From Gammaproteobacteria bacterium (GTDB taxonomy: Bacteria; Pseudomonadota; Gammaproteobacteria; Steroidobacterales; Rariloculaceae): DNA of 64,000 bases. The position numbers and the translations under genes are program-made. The notes beneath the pieces were generated by a model. It did not search any database. It saw nothing but the letters and a program-made list of their open reading frames with translations, and was not told the origin of the DNA. Location: assembly GCA_035513215.1 (NCBI GenBank), contig DATKCK010000028.1:2386-66385 (forward strand), given 5' to 3'. Shown here one piece after another: positions 9,164-18,824 of the stretch. How positions within the stretch are numbered: the stretch's first letter is position 1; every line of letters starts with the position of its first letter.

Positions 9164-9763
9164 TTACAACGCCGCGATCTCGGCCTCGAGCTCGCCGATC
9201 AGATCGTCGAGATCGCCCGAATCGAGGATAGCGAAATACTTCGACCGCATCAGGCTCAGCTCGCTGACGCCGTCGGCCTCGACATTGACGATGCGCCAGC
9301 CCGTGTCGTCGAGCTGGAGCAGGTAGTCCATCGTGACGTCCCCGGCGTCCCGTCGCCGGATCACGGCATCGACCTCGACGCGATTCTCGTCGACCGCCTC
9401 GGCGCCGAGAACCGCGAAGGTGCCGGGGCGGACCCCGGCGAATCGGCTTGCGTAAGTCGTCACGCTGAGTCGCTCGAAGGCGTCGAGGAATCGCTCGCGC
9501 TGCGCCTCGTCCCATTCGGTCCAGAACCTGCGGACGGTGATCCGCCCCATCGTCGCAAGATCGTGCGTCGATTCGATGACGGGCGCGAGCGCCTCGACGC
9601 GCTGCCCGAGCGCGGGCGCGGGCTCCGTGGTCGCAACCGTCACCAGCGCCGAGTAGAGGCGCTCGATGACCGCAGCGGCATCGTCGGCGGGCGCGGCATG
9701 CGCCCGCGCGACGAGCAGCAGCGCCGCGGCGACGAGCGTCGAAATACGTGCCGTTCTTGCCAT
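9164..9763 (-). CDS. MlaC/Ttg2D-family periplasmic lipid-binding protein (HpnM-like)
   Basis: From the internal ATG the product starts MARTARISTLVAAALLLVARAHA (a signal peptide). The body resembles toluene-tolerance Ttg2D/MlaC proteins. It is the last gene of the hopanoid block, where HpnM is normally found. Confidence 0.7.
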   Translation of the reverse strand: MARTARISTLVAAALLLVARAHAAPADDAAAVIERLYSALVTVATTEPAPALGQRVEALAPVIESTHDLATMGRITVRRFWTEWDEAQRERFLDAFERLSVTTYASRFAGVRPGTFAVLGAEAVDENRVEVDAVIRRRDAGDVTMDYLLQLDDTGWRIVNVEADGVSELSLMRSKYFAILDSGDLDDLIGELEAEIAAL

Positions 9764-9782
9764 CGATGGCCTCGAGCGTCTC

Positions 9783-11942
9783 TCAGCGGCAATTGGACGG
9801 CAGATATTGCTGCCCGATCGTGGTGCCGCCCGTCGATACCGCGCCGATGGCCTCGCCGCCGGCGGGCGGCGAGGCGTAACCGCACCGCCACTCGATCGAA
9901 CCGTCCTCGGTCTCATAGGGAGTCAAGGCCAGCGTCGTCCCCGCGATCATCGCATGGGCCTGGTTGCCGTAGCGAATGACGATCTCGCCGTCGACGACGT
10001 CGATGCCTGCGACATAGGCGCCCGGCGTATCGCCCGCTTCGGGCGTCAAGCCCGCAGCGGCACGATCGGCCGGCGCCTGACCCGTCTCGTTCCAGCTCGC
10101 GGCGACGGCCGATCTCGGCGCGGCCGCGAGGTTCAGACCCTCCGTAACCTGGGCGCGGATCGTATAGTCCTGATAGGCCGGAATCGCAATTCCGGCGGCA
10201 ATGCCGACGCCGGCGACGGCGGCCATCCCGCCGCCCCCGAACAGGATCTCGAACGGATGACTCTCGTAGCTCAGCTCGACGGAAACGTAAGGCTCGCCGA
10301 GATTGACGGCAAGACCGAGCGAGCCGCGCTCCGGCAGCCCGAGCTGGTTCGCCGTCGGCATGGCCCAGACGTCGTACTCGGCACCCGCAACGTCCGCGAA
10401 TGTCTGCATGACGCCGATATAGGCGTTGTACATCGTTCGAGGCAGCCGCTCTATGGTCCCGGTGGCGGCAAAGAACGAAGAGGAGACATCGAACCGCTGC
10501 GTTTCGTCGAGCCATTCGGCGATGCTGACGTCGGCGCCCATGTCGATGCGATCGATCAGCACCTGCGGCGCGCCGGCGAGATACAGATAGTCGCCATCGG
10601 CCACCCAGTACACGCGATGGCGCATTCGGCCGAGGACATTCACGAACAGCGCCTCCTGGTTCATTTCGGGCGGCATGCCGAAGTTGGCGGGCAGCTCCCA
10701 GTAGCGGATGGTCTCGCCGCCGACCTCGCGCGATTCGATCGGCATGCCGGCCGCGGCCGCCCAGCGATCGAGCACACTGTCGAGGAGCGCGCGATCACGC
10801 ACATGAAGAGCGAAGAAGTCACCGGCATCGTCGGAAAACATGATGAGCTCGGGACCGAGCGCCGACAGGACTTCCTCGATCGACGTGCCGCTGACCTCGG
10901 CGAAAGCTGTTTTGGCCTCGGCCCACCCGTCGGCTGATTCGGGCGGCAGAGTGCCGAGTATCGTCGTCTCGAGCCGCGTGAGCTCGTCGGCGCCGGGAAG
11001 CGACAACAGAAACAGCTTCCTGAGATCGCCGACCGAAGTGGCCGCGATCTCGTTGCTCAGGATCGGCAGCGGCCGGCTCGCGTTGCCGGTGCCGAAGTCG
11101 GCCACGAGCTTCAGGCGGCCCTTGCCGTTGGCGACGCCCACGCCCACCGCGAGCGCACGCATCCGGTCGACCCCGGCCGCGGTCAGCGATCGCAGGATCT
11201 CCGGCGGCATGAACGCGGCGCCCATCTGCAGCGCCCGTGCCGCATCGACCCAGGCGAATAGTCCCTGCCCGCTGTCGTCGATCTGCGCCTCGAGCGCATG
11301 CATCGGGTGAGCCGCGCTGTCGGCCGGCGGCTCGAGCAGCGTCGCGAAGGCTGCCGGATCCGCGAACATGCCGCCATAGAGCGCGAGCCGCCCCGTGGCG
11401 TCATCGAAATGCACGAGGATCGGCAGCGGCGCCCCGACGAGCTGACCGAACCCGTCCGCATCGAGCGGGCCGGCCAGCGCCACCGGTGCGAGCTGGCCGA
11501 GCTCGTCGACGAAAGCCTCGAAATCGGCATTCGCCCTGAAGCTCAGCGTTGCGCCGACCACCGCCGACGGCGCCGGCAAGCCGACGGCGGCAATCTCGAT
11601 CGGCGAACGAAGCGCGTCGAACCAGCGAACGGGCGGCAGATCGCCGCCGAGATTCTCGACGAGGGCCTGCTGAATGGCGATCAGATTCCCGATATTGGCC
11701 TCGCTGCCGAGCGCGGCATCGAAGGTGTCGCCTTTCGGGATGGCCACGAGGCCGAGCGGGTGCGGGATGCGCTCGTAGGTCACGGTGCCGGGCGGCAGCT
11801 GCCGGCGGAGCCAGGGATCGGCGATCGGCATCTCGCCGGTAAAGGCGGCAACGTCGGCCCCGGCCGGAGATCCGGTGTCGGAACCGGGACCCGAGCACGC
11901 GGCCACCGACACGAGCACGGGAAACAGCATCGATTTGCGCAT
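9783..11942 (-). CDS. Lipoprotein with a large N-terminal domain of unknown function fused to a C-terminal type IV pilin-like domain lacking a prepilin leader
   Basis: The start is placed at ATG 11942 ([16 protein letters not shown], a lipobox) with a GGAAGGGGG Shine-Dalgarno upstream. The C-terminal ~150 aa read [23 protein letters not shown]...[10 protein letters not shown]...QQYLPSNCR, closely like PilE/PilA. The track ORF extends to 12599, but that extension is an Arg-rich out-of-frame overlap with hpnB remnants. Confidence 0.75.
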   Translation of the reverse strand: MRKSMLFPVLVSVAACSGPGSDTGSPAGADVAAFTGEMPIADPWLRRQLPPGTVTYERIPHPLGLVAIPKGDTFDAALGSEANIGNLIAIQQALVENLGGDLPPVRWFDALRSPIEIAAVGLPAPSAVVGATLSFRANADFEAFVDELGQLAPVALAGPLDADGFGQLVGAPLPILVHFDDATGRLALYGGMFADPAAFATLLEPPADSAAHPMHALEAQIDDSGQGLFAWVDAARALQMGAAFMPPEILRSLTAAGVDRMRALAVGVGVANGKGRLKLVADFGTGNASRPLPILSNEIAATSVGDLRKLFLLSLPGADELTRLETTILGTLPPESADGWAEAKTAFAEVSGTSIEEVLSALGPELIMFSDDAGDFFALHVRDRALLDSVLDRWAAAAGMPIESREVGGETIRYWELPANFGMPPEMNQEALFVNVLGRMRHRVYWVADGDYLYLAGAPQVLIDRIDMGADVSIAEWLDETQRFDVSSSFFAATGTIERLPRTMYNAYIGVMQTFADVAGAEYDVWAMPTANQLGLPERGSLGLAVNLGEPYVSVELSYESHPFEILFGGGGMAAVAGVGIAAGIAIPAYQDYTIRAQVTEGLNLAAAPRSAVAASWNETGQAPADRAAAGLTPEAGDTPGAYVAGIDVVDGEIVIRYGNQAHAMIAGTTLALTPYETEDGSIEWRCGYASPPAGGEAIGAVSTGGTTIGQQYLPSNCR

Positions 11943-12004
11943 AGCGACCCCCTTCCTTCGCATGAGACTAGCACGGCGGACCGGCTCGAGGCCGGCCCGC
12001 CGAG

Positions 12005-12810
12005 TCAGCAGCGCGCTAAGGCCGCCGACATGACGGTGAGCGCCGCGGCGCCGGCAAGCGCGCCGAAGATCGTCCCCTGCATCGCGAGTGCCGCAAGCGG
12101 CGCGATGAACACAATGAGCATCAGCACGACGACGAGCCCGAGCCAGGCGGCCGAGTAGCCGAGCTGCGTGAATGCGGTGCGCGCCACCGTGCGCCTGAAG
12201 CTCGCAAGATCCGGGTACGCGCGGGCGCTCTTCGCGGACTCGCTCAAGCCGAGCCAGATCGAGTGACCGGCTCGCTTGACGTGCCGCGCGAGCGTGCAGT
12301 CGTCGATCAGCGCAGCGCGAATGGCCGCGAAACCTCCGAGCGACCGCAGCACGTCGGTTCTGATCAGGACGCAACCGCCTGCCGCGGCCGCCGTCCGCCG
12401 GCCCGGATCGTTGACGCGTTGTCGACGGGCAGCCGCTGCCCGCCGGCTGGGGCGGGAAGCTCTGGGCGCGGATCGCCGGGATCGAGCGGACCGCCGGGAG
12501 GATTCCGAAGCCCCGCCACCGCTGCACGCGCCGCTGCCGCGGTCGCGTCATCCGGCTGGTCGATGACGATGACCTCAAGACCTCGCCCCTGCGCCGCAAG
12601 ACCCTGGAGTGTCCGGCCGATCGCAGCCGATTCGTTACGCGCCGGAATCAGCACGCTGACACGGCCGAGGTCGAACGCGCCGGCCCGCCGCGGGTTCGCG
12701 TCCGCGTCACGAGGCTCGAGGCGCTCGCGTGTACGCCAGGATCCGGAGGTCAGCAGCAAAACGCCGAGCCACGACGCGAGCGCGAACGCAGCAAGCCAAT
12801 CGACGAGCAT
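12005..12810 (-). pseudogene. hpnB: Disrupted hopanoid-associated glycosyltransferase HpnB (N-terminal fragment, inverted internal fragment, C-terminal fragment in another frame)
   Basis: The N-terminal fragment runs from ATG 12810 (VSVLIPARNE...EVIVIDQPDDATAAAARAAVAG) to about 12511. The plus strand at 12415-12498 encodes RVVDGQPLPAGWGGKLWARIAGIERTAG. The C-terminal fragment starts near 12415 in a different minus frame (VNDPGRRTAAAAGGCVLIRTDVLRSLGGFAAIRAALIDDCTLARHVK...IWLGL) and stops at 12005. Confidence 0.7.
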
Positions 12811-12827
12811 TACGCTCGCCCTTAGAA

Positions 12828-13946
12828 TCAGTCGCCGCGGTGCCGGCGCCCGATCTGATCGACCGATATGGCGACACCGGGAGCCTGGCCGCCGTGCAGG
12901 ACCGGCAGCTCGGGCGCCATCTCGCCGTCGAGCTTCGGGCCGAACAGAAACACGCCGAGCGCCGTCAGCGGATTCGAGACCGTCTCCTCGACCGCCGTGC
13001 CCTCGTAACCGCAGTGCGCCATGCAGTTGTCGCACTTGGGGTTGATACCGGTGCCGTAACGTTCCCAGTCCGTCGTCTCCATCAGCTCCTTGAAGCTCCC
13101 GGCATAGCCCTCGTCGACGAGCAGATAGCACGGCCTTTGCCAGCCGAAGACGTTGTAGGTCGGATTCGCCCAGGGCGTGCACTGATAGGTCCGGTTGCCG
13201 GCGAGAAAATCGACGAAAAGACTCGACTGGTTGAAGCGCCATTTGCTGCCGCGCTTCTTGCCGACCTTGAAAATATCCCGGAACAGCTGCTTGGAGTTGC
13301 GCCGGCCCATGAACACGTCCTGGCGCGGCGCATGGTCGTAGCTGTATCCCGGCGAGATCATGACGCCTTCGAGACCGAGCGTCATGGCGTAGTCGAAAAA
13401 GTCCGCGACGTCGTCGGGGTCTTCGCCCGCATAGAGCGTGCAGTTCGCCGTCACGCGAAATCCGCGCTCCCTCGCGACCTTGATCGCGGAAACGGCCCTG
13501 TCGAAAACGCCCTTGCGGCAAACGGACTCGTCATGGCGGTCCCTGTTGCCGTCGAGATGTATCGACCACGTGAAATACGGCGAAGGCTTGTATTGATCGA
13601 TCTTCTGCTCGAGCAGCAGCGCATTGGTGCAAAGATAGACGAACTTCTTCTTCGCGACGATGCCCTCGACGATCTGAGGCATCTCCTTGTGAATCAGAGG
13701 CTCGCCGCCGGGAATGGATACGACGGGCGCGCCGCATTCGTCGACGGCCTTCAGCGCATCCTCGACGCTCATGCGCTTGCGGAGAATGTCGTTCGAGTAA
13801 TCGATCTTGCCGCAGCCTGCGCAGGCGAGATTGCACTGAAACAAGGGCTCGAGCATCAGCACCAGCGGGTAGCGCTTATTCTTCCTGAGCTTCTGCTCGA
13901 GAATGTAGCGCCCGATCCTGTACTGCTGTACCAGAGGTATTCCCAT
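12828..13946 (-). CDS. hpnH: Adenosyl-hopene transferase, radical SAM (HpnH)
   Basis: The product begins MGIPLVQQYRIGRYILEQKLRKNKRYPLVLMLEPLFQCNLACAGCGKIDY, the typical HpnH N-terminus with a CxxxCxxC cluster. The ATG at 13946 is preceded by AAGGTG. Confidence 0.9.
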   Translation of the reverse strand: MGIPLVQQYRIGRYILEQKLRKNKRYPLVLMLEPLFQCNLACAGCGKIDYSNDILRKRMSVEDALKAVDECGAPVVSIPGGEPLIHKEMPQIVEGIVAKKKFVYLCTNALLLEQKIDQYKPSPYFTWSIHLDGNRDRHDESVCRKGVFDRAVSAIKVARERGFRVTANCTLYAGEDPDDVADFFDYAMTLGLEGVMISPGYSYDHAPRQDVFMGRRNSKQLFRDIFKVGKKRGSKWRFNQSSLFVDFLAGNRTYQCTPWANPTYNVFGWQRPCYLLVDEGYAGSFKELMETTDWERYGTGINPKCDNCMAHCGYEGTAVEETVSNPLTALGVFLFGPKLDGEMAPELPVLHGGQAPGVAISVDQIGRRHRGD

Positions 13947-13959
13947 TCCGACTACACCT

Positions 13960-14562
13960 TTACTGACTCGACCCGTTCGCGCTCTTACCCGCCGATGCGC
14001 GGCGCGCAAGAATATCATCCAGGTAATGCGCCTGGATATGTGACCATTCGAGCTTGAACCAGGGCGTGAAGCGATTCGCCCCCGATGCAAGCTCGTCATT
14101 GAGCGATTTTATGTCAACGAAGCGCCAGTTTGCGATCTCGCTCATATTCGGGTCTATCGGGCCGTCATAATAGCCGACATAAACCCAGCAAAACTCCCGT
14201 TCCGCGCCGATATCGCCAAATTGCGCCTGATACATGAATTTGTACAGGAAACTGAGCGCACATTCGAAACCGAGCTCCTGCCTGAGCCGCCGCGAGACGG
14301 CGATTTCCATCGTCTCGCCGAAGCGCGGATGCGAGCAGCAGGTGTTCGACCAGTAACCTGGCCAGAGCGGCTTCTTTGAGCTCCGTTGCTGAAGCAGGAG
14401 CTCGTCGTTCGAATTGAACACGAAAATCGAGAAGGCGCGGTGGAGAATCCCGCTGCCCTCGTGGCATATGCCTTTGGCCTCGGAGCCGATCTCGCGATCG
14501 TTCTCATCGACCAGAATCAGTTCTTCGCTGGCGCTGGAGACGATTTCCTCACGCGCCTTCAA
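13960..14562 (-). CDS. idi: Isopentenyl-diphosphate delta-isomerase, type 1 (Nudix)
   Basis: It contains ILHRAFSIFVFNSNDELLLQQRSSKKPLWPGYWSNTCCSHP, the IDI-1 signature. I assume a TTG start at 14562, which overlaps the upstream stop by 14 nt, so the start is uncertain. Confidence 0.8.
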   Translation of the reverse strand: MKAREEIVSSASEELILVDENDREIGSEAKGICHEGSGILHRAFSIFVFNSNDELLLQQRSSKKPLWPGYWSNTCCSHPRFGETMEIAVSRRLRQELGFECALSFLYKFMYQAQFGDIGAEREFCWVYVGYYDGPIDPNMSEIANWRFVDIKSLNDELASGANRFTPWFKLEWSHIQAHYLDDILARRASAGKSANGSSQ

Positions 14563-16825
14563 GCGGGGCCCCCAGATCGACTTCCATGGCCTGATAGCCT
14601 GCCGCGCGGATCGCGTCGACGATTTCCTTTCGATTGTCCTCCTCGCAGACCGCGATGATCGAGCCACCGCCGCCGCCACCGGTGAGCTTCGCCCCCAATG
14701 CGCCGTGCTCGCGCGCGATGTCGACCAGCTGCTCGAGCTCCGGCGTGGACACCTGCAAGGCGTTGAGCATGCCGTGATTGATGTTCATGAGCTCGCCGAG
14801 AAGCTTCACGTCCCCGTCCTGGATGGCCTGAACCCCGCGCAGCACGAGCGCATCGATCTGATCGAAGATACGCTCGTAGAGCTGTTGATCCTTCTTCCAG
14901 GCCTCGCGGACGCGGCCGACGGTCTTCGCCGTCAGGCCTTCGTAACCGGTCATGCCGATGACGGCGGGAATCGGCTTTCGGATATTCAGCGGCTCGACGA
15001 GCGGCGGCTCTCCGGCGCGATAGACGAGCGGCTTCGCGTAGCAGGCCAGGGTATTGTCGAGCCCGCTCGGGTGGCCGTGGGCGACCTTCTCGGACTCGAA
15101 CGCCAGGCGATTGACCTCCTCGTTCGAGAGGCCCAGCTTGAAGTGCTTGTCGAGCGCGCGAACGATCGCGACCGCCATCGCCGCGGATCCGCCGAGACCC
15201 ATGCTGCGCGGGACCTCGGGAAACACTTCGATTCGCATCGCGCGTCCGCCGAGCCCGAGCTCATCGAGCACGACACCGGCCGGCCGTTCGAACGAACGCC
15301 GGTCCTGCGGCGTCGAGGCGAGCTCGTACTCCACGCCCCACCTCGGAATGATCAGATGTATGCCCTGATCGCAGTCCTCCACGAGGGCCTTGACGACCAA
15401 CGGCACGGGCGCCGCGATCGCGTGCCGGCCGTAGACGACCGAGTGCTCGCCGAGCATGACGACCTTGCCGTAGCCGACGCCCATGGCGTTATCCTTGCTC
15501 TCCTTGACGGGCGGCGCTTTCGGCTTTCGCTTCTCGGCGCTGAGATCCTGAATGATCTCCTGTGCCTTCCAGATCTTGATCGTCCCGCTTTGCACGAGGC
15601 GATCGAGGACCTCGTCGAAGAGTTCCTCGCTTGCTCCGGCCGCCGTTACGACGCTGCGCGCGTGCAGGGTCATGTGGCCGCGCTGAATCCCCTCGGTCGC
15701 GAGCGCACGAATCGCGGCGAAGTTCTGTGAGAGGCCCACGGAAGCCATGATCTCGCCAAGCTCCGTCGCCGACTCGACACCGAGCAGGCGCAGATTGAGC
15801 GCGACCGTGGGATTCGATTCGAGCGGCGCGCCGACGATGCCGACCTTGATCGGAATCTCGATCTCGCCGCAGAGATTGCCATTCTCGTCGACGGACCAGC
15901 GCGTCAGCGACGTGTAGCGCCCGCCTCTCGCCGCGTAGGCGTGCGCGCCCGCCTCGATGGCGCGCCAGTCGTTGCCCGTCGCAATCGCGATCGGGTCGAT
16001 CCCGTTCATGATGCCCTTGTTGTGCGTCGCCGCGCGGTAAGGGTCCACTTCGGCGAAATCGGCGGCAACGACGATGCCGTCGCGCGCTTCCTCTCCGCTG
16101 TAGCCGCGGCCCGCGAGCGCCTCGACGGGAATCCTGCAGCTCGCTCGAACGATCGACCGGTCGGTGAGATTGGAGAGAATGCGCAGAAACACGGATCCGC
16201 CCGTGACCGACTCGATCAGCGGCGCGACGCCCTCGCACATGCCGTTGACGAGATTGGCCCCCATCGCGTCGCGCGTGTCGACGAGCAAGTGCACGACGAG
16301 CATCTGCCGGCCCCGCGAGGGCAGCGGATGAACGTAAAGCTCGAGGTCGCGGGCGCCGCCGCCGCGGGCGACCATGTTCGGATGGAAGCTGTTGGCGAGG
16401 CTGATGATCTCGCGCTTGTGCTTGAGTATGGCTTTCTTCGCCTTGTCGATATCGCCGAGATTCACGATCTGAATCTGGCCGATCAGAATGGGGTCGCTGG
16501 CTTTCGCCTTGAAGCCGCCCGTCTTGCGAATCAGCTTGTTGGCCGAGCCGAGCGCCGCAATGACCGAAGGCTCCTCGACGACCATCGGCACGATGTACTC
16601 GCGCTTGTTGACGACAAGATTCATGCCGAGACCGAGCGGCATGCCCATGACGCCGACGACGTTCTCGATCATGCGGTCGGCGGCGGAAAGATCGAGCGTA
16701 TGGCGGCCGGTCGCGAGCGCGCGGAAGTCGCTCGTCGTCAAAAGACCACGCTCGTGCACGGCGCGAACGCGCTCGTCGATGCTGAGCTTGTAAAACTCGG
16801 GAATCCTCAGCCGATCATCGCTCAC
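14549..16825 (-). CDS. Bifunctional class II HMG-CoA reductase (N-terminal) / mevalonate kinase (C-terminal) fusion
   Basis: Residues 1 to about 430 resemble Pseudomonas mevalonii-type MvaA (MIENVVGVMGMPLGLG, VPMVVEEPSVIAA, ATGNDWRA). After a Lys/Pro linker, residues from about 448 carry GHMP kinase motifs (GKVVMLGEHSVVYG, GLGGSAAMAVA, KLTGGGGGGS). There is no stop or frame change at the junction. The GTG start overlaps the pmk stop (GTGA). Confidence 0.85.
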   Translation of the reverse strand: MSDDRLRIPEFYKLSIDERVRAVHERGLLTTSDFRALATGRHTLDLSAADRMIENVVGVMGMPLGLGMNLVVNKREYIVPMVVEEPSVIAALGSANKLIRKTGGFKAKASDPILIGQIQIVNLGDIDKAKKAILKHKREIISLANSFHPNMVARGGGARDLELYVHPLPSRGRQMLVVHLLVDTRDAMGANLVNGMCEGVAPLIESVTGGSVFLRILSNLTDRSIVRASCRIPVEALAGRGYSGEEARDGIVVAADFAEVDPYRAATHNKGIMNGIDPIAIATGNDWRAIEAGAHAYAARGGRYTSLTRWSVDENGNLCGEIEIPIKVGIVGAPLESNPTVALNLRLLGVESATELGEIMASVGLSQNFAAIRALATEGIQRGHMTLHARSVVTAAGASEELFDEVLDRLVQSGTIKIWKAQEIIQDLSAEKRKPKAPPVKESKDNAMGVGYGKVVMLGEHSVVYGRHAIAAPVPLVVKALVEDCDQGIHLIIPRWGVEYELASTPQDRRSFERPAGVVLDELGLGGRAMRIEVFPEVPRSMGLGGSAAMAVAIVRALDKHFKLGLSNEEVNRLAFESEKVAHGHPSGLDNTLACYAKPLVYRAGEPPLVEPLNIRKPIPAVIGMTGYEGLTAKTVGRVREAWKKDQQLYERIFDQIDALVLRGVQAIQDGDVKLLGELMNINHGMLNALQVSTPELEQLVDIAREHGALGAKLTGGGGGGSIIAVCEEDNRKEIVDAIRAAGYQAMEVDLGAPLEGA

Positions 16826-17829
16826 TCGGCATGCTCCTCATTGACTCGCAACCCCAGCTCGTCGACCGTCAACGGAACGACGTGAAACCCCTGATCGGCA
16901 GCTTTCACCGCGAACGACCGCAACGCTTCCCTGTCGAGGCCACAGGCGATACCGACGTCGCCGCCGCCGGCGCCGCTGACCTTGTACGCGAGACCCTTCT
17001 CTCCCGCGAGGCCTCCGATCTTCCGATGCGCGGCCGTGACGAGGTCCGCGCCCATCTCGCGACCAAGCTCCTCAAGGCAGTGCCCGTACTCATCGATTGC
17101 GCCTACGAACGCAGGACCATTGTCCTCGTTCGCGGCAGCGCATCCCCTCTGCGCGACAGCGATCAGTCGCTCCCTCAACGCGGCCGACCGGGCCGAGGCC
17201 GAATCGGACCATCGCCGGTACTGTCCCACCAGATCCGGCGTCGATGCCGCCCCTCCGGCAAAAACACCCGCGAATCCTACACTTTTCGGCAGCCGGACTG
17301 AACCGACATGCGCATTTCGGCCCTCGTCGAGTCTGAACGAGACGGCCCCGCCATAAAGCGCTGCGGCCACGTCGATGCCGCTACCGACCCCGCCCTGAAA
17401 GGCCCGGTGGCAATCGATCAGCGACTGAAGCGGCGCGATTCCGGCCTTGCCGGCCGCCCGCCAGACGGCACCGGCAAAGGCGACGAGCGCGGCGGCGCTG
17501 GAGCCGAGACCGAGCTTCGAGCCTTCGGCGAAGAAAGCCGATGAATCCAGCCTTGCCGACCACGAAGGCCAGGGCAACGCAAAATCGGCGTGGGCGAGTA
17601 CGCTGTCTACGAGCGCCGATCCGCTCGGCTCCGCCCCGTCGCCGCCCGCGAACTCGAAGACCCTCGAAGCGGGCGCGAGCATCTCGAAGCGGCAACGCGG
17701 GCCGGATGCGGGCGCGAGCAGGGCCGTCGCGCGCCGATCGACGGCCAAAACGAGGGCAAGAGCGCCGTCGAGCACGACGTACTCGCCGAGCAACACGGCC
17801 TTGCCCGGCGCCGAGGCGACCCAGGTCAT
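16822..17829 (-). CDS. mvaK2: Phosphomevalonate kinase (GHMP family)
   Basis: The product has MTWVASAPGKAVLLGEYVVLDG and KLGLGSSAAALVA motifs. It sits between mvaD and the HMGR-MVK fusion. Confidence 0.75.
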   Translation of the reverse strand: MTWVASAPGKAVLLGEYVVLDGALALVLAVDRRATALLAPASGPRCRFEMLAPASRVFEFAGGDGAEPSGSALVDSVLAHADFALPWPSWSARLDSSAFFAEGSKLGLGSSAAALVAFAGAVWRAAGKAGIAPLQSLIDCHRAFQGGVGSGIDVAAALYGGAVSFRLDEGRNAHVGSVRLPKSVGFAGVFAGGAASTPDLVGQYRRWSDSASARSAALRERLIAVAQRGCAAANEDNGPAFVGAIDEYGHCLEELGREMGADLVTAAHRKIGGLAGEKGLAYKVSGAGGGDVGIACGLDREALRSFAVKAADQGFHVVPLTVDELGLRVNEEHAE

Positions 17830-18824
17830 TACGCGAGCCGCTCCAGGCCCGGCCCGAGCTCCGTCACGAGGACGTCGCTGACGCCGGCAATGCCGGCCAA
17901 CGCCGACTTGAGCGTTCCCTCATGGCCCGGCAGGCAGATCGCCTTGAGCTGCGGACCGGCGTCGATCGTGAAAAACGCCGGCAGCCCTCCGGCACGCAGC
18001 TCGCGCACGCAGTTCAGGCAATCGACTGTCGCGCCATTCCAGTACACGAGCGGCGGGCGCGTGCTGATCGCGGCCGCATGCATCTTGAGGCAGCTCGACT
18101 CCGAGACCTCGGCGAGCAGCTCGAAGTCGCGCGCTGCGATGGCCTTTCGCGCTGTCTCGAGATCCGGCGGATGCGACGCGACCCAGTCCGCGTAATATGG
18201 CGAGGTCTCGGCCGAGCGGCTCATGCCGCGTCCGGAGCCGACGGCTTTCTCGGTTCGGGCCGTGATCGCGACGAGAACCTTGAGCGGCCAGGCAGCGGCA
18301 TCCGCCAGAGGTTCGGCGAAGCTGTCGCTGCCGTCGGCGGCCGTTCCCTTGTGCATCTCGACGAAGCCGCCGAAAACCGATCGCGCCGCCGATCCGGATC
18401 CGCGGCGCGCCAGGATGCTGAGCTCGCGCGGCGTGCACTTAAGACCGAGCGCCGCCGTCGCCGCGCCGACGAGCGCCGCGAACCCCGACGCCGACGAGGC
18501 GAGACCCGCGGCCGTCGGAAAATTGTTCTCGCTCGTGACCTTCGCCCTTACGTCGGTCCCGGCGAGCTCGCGCACGAGATCGAGGCAACGCGAGACGCGA
18601 TCGAGCTGATCGGCGCGTTCGACGCCGTTGAGCAGCAGCCGGTCCGTTTCGAGCGCGGGATCGAACCGAACTACCGTATCCGTCCAGAGATCGTTCAACG
18701 TGACCGAGATCGAGCCGACGGCCGGCGTGTTGAGCTTCGGATCCGCCTTGCCCCAGTACTTGACGAGGGCGATGTTGGATCGCGCGCGGACGCTGGCTTG
18801 CCCGCCTTCAGTCGATGACGTCAT
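17829..18824 (-). CDS. mvaD: Diphosphomevalonate decarboxylase
   Basis: It contains SNIALVKYWGKADPKLNTPAVGSISVTL and GLASSASGFAAL motifs. The start is taken at the internal ATG 18824 (MTSSTEGG). Its stop overlaps the pmk ATG by 1 nt (TAATG). Confidence 0.85.
   Translation of the reverse strand: MTSSTEGGQASVRARSNIALVKYWGKADPKLNTPAVGSISVTLNDLWTDTVVRFDPALETDRLLLNGVERADQLDRVSRCLDLVRELAGTDVRAKVTSENNFPTAAGLASSASGFAALVGAATAALGLKCTPRELSILARRGSGSAARSVFGGFVEMHKGTAADGSDSFAEPLADAAAWPLKVLVAITARTEKAVGSGRGMSRSAETSPYYADWVASHPPDLETARKAIAARDFELLAEVSESSCLKMHAAAISTRPPLVYWNGATVDCLNCVRELRAGGLPAFFTIDAGPQLKAICLPGHEGTLKSALAGIAGVSDVLVTELGPGLERLA

Noticed and set aside
11943-12599. The N-terminal 219 codons of the 938-aa track ORF (9783..12599), read as part of the pilin-fusion gene.
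   Set aside because: That stretch is Arg-rich nonsense. It overlaps the hpnB fragments in another frame. A lipoprotein signal with a good Shine-Dalgarno begins at 11942.
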